Assembly (NCBI RefSeq): GCF_001194135.2
Contig: NC_068999.1
Coordinates: 40,133,938 to 40,176,173 of the forward strand
Direction: 5' to 3'
Source: Octopus bimaculoides
Taxonomy: Eukaryota
Length of the DNA: 42,236 nt
Each line of letters opens with the position of its first letter. Within the stretch, counting starts at the first letter, position 1. Shown one piece after another: positions 38,526 through 42,236 of this stretch. Below the pieces are notes generated by a model that was not told where the DNA came from, made no database searches, and saw only the letters and a list, made by a program, of their open reading frames with translations. A program made the translations under genes and the position numbers.

Positions 38526-39744
38526 TTTTCTTTAAAATTAATAGCTGCAAAAATTCCATGAGTACATAACTAAAGAGAAAAAATAATAACTGTGTTCAGG
38601 TCTTCAGATAATTCAGTCGTGGCCGCCATATGACCTTTTTCACCAAGCTCAACAAATAGATAAAAAGTTATCTTCTATTTGCAGCTAAAGGAAGTGGGCA
38701 GAACAAATTTCTCAAACGATTTAGCTTCTAGCTGGTTCGTCCAGTACCTTATAGCAGGTATTTAACACGGCTTCGAAACTCAAGAAAGCTTGGATACTGG
38801 TTGAAAATTACTTTATAACTGCCTTTACATATTATTAGCAGAGTCGTTTGTAATTTGGGGTTGTTATAGTCAAGTTTGATATTGTGAAGACAGTTGCAAA
38901 ATTAAGTACGTTTCTAATTATTGACTATAATGTTTTAGTTCCCTATGGAGAATCTTAGAAAGAAATATTTGCCAATTTTCTACACTAAACTTGTTTATTT
39001 TATTTGTTACACCTTGTTTAGCTGCTTCATGACGATTTTGTTTCTATCATTTGCATTGGTTATGTTTACGGTTGTCTCCGGTTTTTATCTTATTGATTAT
39101 TACATTTACATAATTTAGGCTATATATGTTTTACTGCTTTGCGGAATATTTTTCGAATCTTCTGTCTGTTTCTGATAGCTATTCCTGTGGGCATTTTTGA
39201 AATTTATGAATGTGTTTCTATTTTGTTTATTGACATTTCAATATGTTATACTTTATGATAGGTAGATGTTCAAAAGAACGTCTCGTCATTGCTTTTCCCG
39301 TGGTTCTCAGAGAAAGTGTGGTCTCCCGATAAATTGCCATAGTTAATAGGTGATCAATGTATGTACGTTTGTTACATATTTACTATACAAAAGAAGTGTA
39401 ATTTCAATATAATGGCACCTCTTTATGTATTCGGCATTGATTATCTAGCAAGTGTTAGAGTCGTACGTGAAGCCTTAAATAATATATTGTCAAGAACGTG
39501 TTAAATTGTAAGCGTTGAACTGTAAAGGTTGATTAATTTGACAGTTGTGCGCATATATTTTTTTAAAAACTATCCTATCTATGTATACACATATTTATGT
39601 ATACATACGTATACATTATCAAAGCGGAAAATCATAAATTCTACATATAGTTCATACTTGATTTATGCTCATCATTTGTTTTATTGCGATAAACAAAAGT
39701 GTTACCGTCTTCATATTAACAAAAAATAACATTCCTGTTAATTT

Positions 39745-39855
39745 CGGATTTCTTGTATTTTGTATATTGTACTTGTTTCAGTCATTAGACCGCGGTCATG
39801 CTGTGGCACCGCACTGATGCACATTTTAGTCGAATGAATCAACCCCAATACTCGT
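39745..39855 (-). mobile_element. Truncated SINE 3' end (same family as 31107-31335)
   Basis: tacttgtttcagtcattagaccgcggtcatgctgtggcaccgc...ttttagtcgaatgaatcaaccccaatact. Confidence 0.7.
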
Positions 39856-40060
39856 CTGGCTGGGCTTGGTTTCGCTTGGCTTGGCATTGCTTTGCTTCGC
39901 TTCGCTTGGCCTGGCTTGGCCTGGTTTGGCTTCACGGGATTTCGCTTGGCTTCGCTTGGCTTCGCTTGGCTTCGCTTGGCTTCGCTTGGCTTCGCTCGGC
40001 TTGGCTCGGCTTAGCTTGTCTTGGTTTGACTGACTGGGCTTCGCTTCACTTGGTTTCGCT
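39856..40060. repeat. GC-rich pentanucleotide array (TTGGC/TTCGC) with a 10-bp higher-order unit
   Basis: About 40 degenerate 5-bp units, including five perfect TTCGCTTGGC decamers at 39941-39990. Confidence 0.9.
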
Positions 40061-41499
40061 TGTAGTTGGATTCAAATTAAAGAACGAATCAAGTTCAACA
40101 TTTATATATATATANNNNNNNNNNNNNNNNNNNNNNNNNNNNNNNNNNNNNNNNNNNNNNNNNNNNNNNNNNNNNNNNNNNNNNNNNNNNNNNNNNNNNN
40201 NNNNNNNNNNNNNNNNNNNNNNNNNNNNNNNNNNNNNNNNNNNNNNNNNNNNNNNNNNNNNNNNNNNNNNNNNNNNNNNNNNNNNNNNNNNNNNNNNNNN
40301 NNNNNNNNNNNNNNNNNNNNNNNNNNNNNNNNNNNNNNNNNNNNNNNNNNNNNNNNNNNNNNNNNNNNNNNNNNNNNNNNNNNNNNNNNNNNNNNNNNNN
40401 NNNNNNNNNNNNNNNNNNNNNNNNNNNNNNNNNNNNNNNNNNNNNNNNNNNNNNNNNNNNNNNNNNNNNNNNNNNNNNNNNNNNNGTGTCTTCATTTCCT
40501 TAGCTTGATAGGAGATCGAAATGTTAAAATTCCAAATCTCTTACTATATGAATGTTTTCTTTTAGTATATTTGTGTGTTTTTAAAAGAAAGGGCCAAGTT
40601 TTGGTTAGTTATAATTTTGATGACGTCTTATCGTTTTTCTCGTGTGGATGTTTTGGGCAATTTATTTTTGTTTTTGGAGTTCTGCAGAACACTTGCTCTC
40701 ATATTACCATCTAGGAAAGCGTACCCATAAGCAAAGGGAAGCTTTCTATGTGGGGAAAAAAAAACCCTTGTAGTTTAGGCTTACGCCACTAGAGTTCACT
40801 TAATGAAACTTCCGGCAGCAGAGTTTTCCAATTTGCTGAACAGTGGATCATCTTATTACACAGTCATGTGAATACCCATTTGCTCAAATGAGAAAAGAAT
40901 TCTTGGAATATAAGTTGATAAGACTAGCACGATGAGGTTCCAAAGATTCCAAAAGTTACTCGTTTTGATTTTCTTCCCATTTCAAAACCTTTATGAAATA
41001 TTTTTATGATCATTCGATTATAATAATGCGTGTATATATTTAAGGACTTTTAACATATATATAACACTTAAGATATATAACAGGGGACTATATGAAACCT
41101 ATCATGCGTTAACTCACAGAACACCAGCAAATGTGAAAGGACGGAAAGTTCTCAAAATACAGCAGTTTCATGAAACCAAAGATCTCAACTCAAGAGTATA
41201 AAATTTGAAATCTCTGCTTTACATCACTTTTAAGATTTAAACCGCAAAACCACCTCTTTCACCGTTGTGTGCATTAATTCGTTAAAAATAAACGAGTGGA
41301 AAAGTGATTTTTTTCTTCTTACCCAAATTGCATTTTATGTTGTCTAGTTCATAATTTAAGTGTATGAAATATAAAATATCATATTAATATGCAGATAAAA
41401 TATATGGAAATATGAAAAGCAATTCCATTTATAAAAGAATGGAGTGTGAATATAATCAAACACTACTTACAAAGAATAATCTGATATTCTAATACATCT

Positions 41500-41537
41500 A
41501 TGTATACATATATATATATTTACATATACGTGTTTAT

Positions 41538-41600
<63 letters not shown>

Positions 41601-41816
41601 TATATATGTATATATATATATATGTATATATATCGATAGATAGATAGATAGATAGATAGATAGACATACACATACATGCAAACATACATACATGTGCATA
41701 CATCAATACTGGTTGCTTTGCACTTCAAGATAAGTAGATAGAAATATGTGTACAATCTATATCCATCTACAAATCTATCATCAAATTATTGAGATTGTCT
41801 TCCTCAAAATTTCACA

Positions 41817-41887
<71 letters not shown>

Positions 41888-41890
41888 TGC
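41500..41890. repeat. (TA)n/(GATA)n microsatellite cluster
   Basis: Read directly from the sequence. Confidence 0.9.
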
Positions 41891-42175
41891 ACACATACAC
41901 GCACATATACATAGACACATATAAGTGAATGTATATTTGTACACATGTATGTGTATGCGTTTACGTATATAAGCAGATTATTATGAATATATTTACGTGT
42001 GTCTCCGTGAATGTATCTGTGAAGTATCAATATATATCAATATTTATGTTGCACACACGTATATGCATACACATATCAGTGATTGTGACTTTGCGCATAC
42101 ATAAGATATATATGAGTGAGCGTGTGGCTGCGTATGTATGCATATGTAAATTTATATAAATATACATGTTCATAT

Positions 42176-42177
42176 CG

Positions 42178-42236
<59 letters not shown>
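42176..42236. repeat. (CT)n(TA)n microsatellite at the window end
   Basis: Read directly from the sequence. Confidence 0.95.

Noticed and set aside
39299-39330. hAT-like terminus ccgtggttctcagagaaagtgtggtctcccg
   Set aside because: No partner TIR or TSD was found.
39798-40114. ORF with LAWLGLAW repeats
   Set aside because: It is a translation of the pentamer array plus SINE, extended through a gap.

Overview
This is AT-rich, repeat-dense eukaryotic draft-assembly DNA. It contains 13 N-gaps (about 4.3 kb, roughly 10%), most flanked by (AT)n, (AG)n or (CA)n. The microsatellite load and SINE families resemble those I recall from Octopus (inference; no database search was possible). There is no complete or recognisable protein-coding gene, rRNA, true tRNA, CRISPR array or prokaryotic system. 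Almost all long ORFs in the track are microsatellite or gap artefacts. Well supported: several tRNA-derived SINE copies, a TA-flanked hairpin MITE (3112-3304), a hAT-type MITE (19951-20129), an APE-type LINE ORF2 fragment (about 5110-5490) and two adjacent head-to-tail decayed R4/Dong-like retrotransposon 3' ends (about 37170-38525), plus many simple and compound repeats. Weakly supported: short splice-bounded segments on both strands that can be chained in frame, suggesting the window may be mostly intron of one or two large unidentified genes. I found no convincing novel system. The best leads are the candidate short-exon chains and the stacked R4/Dong elements.
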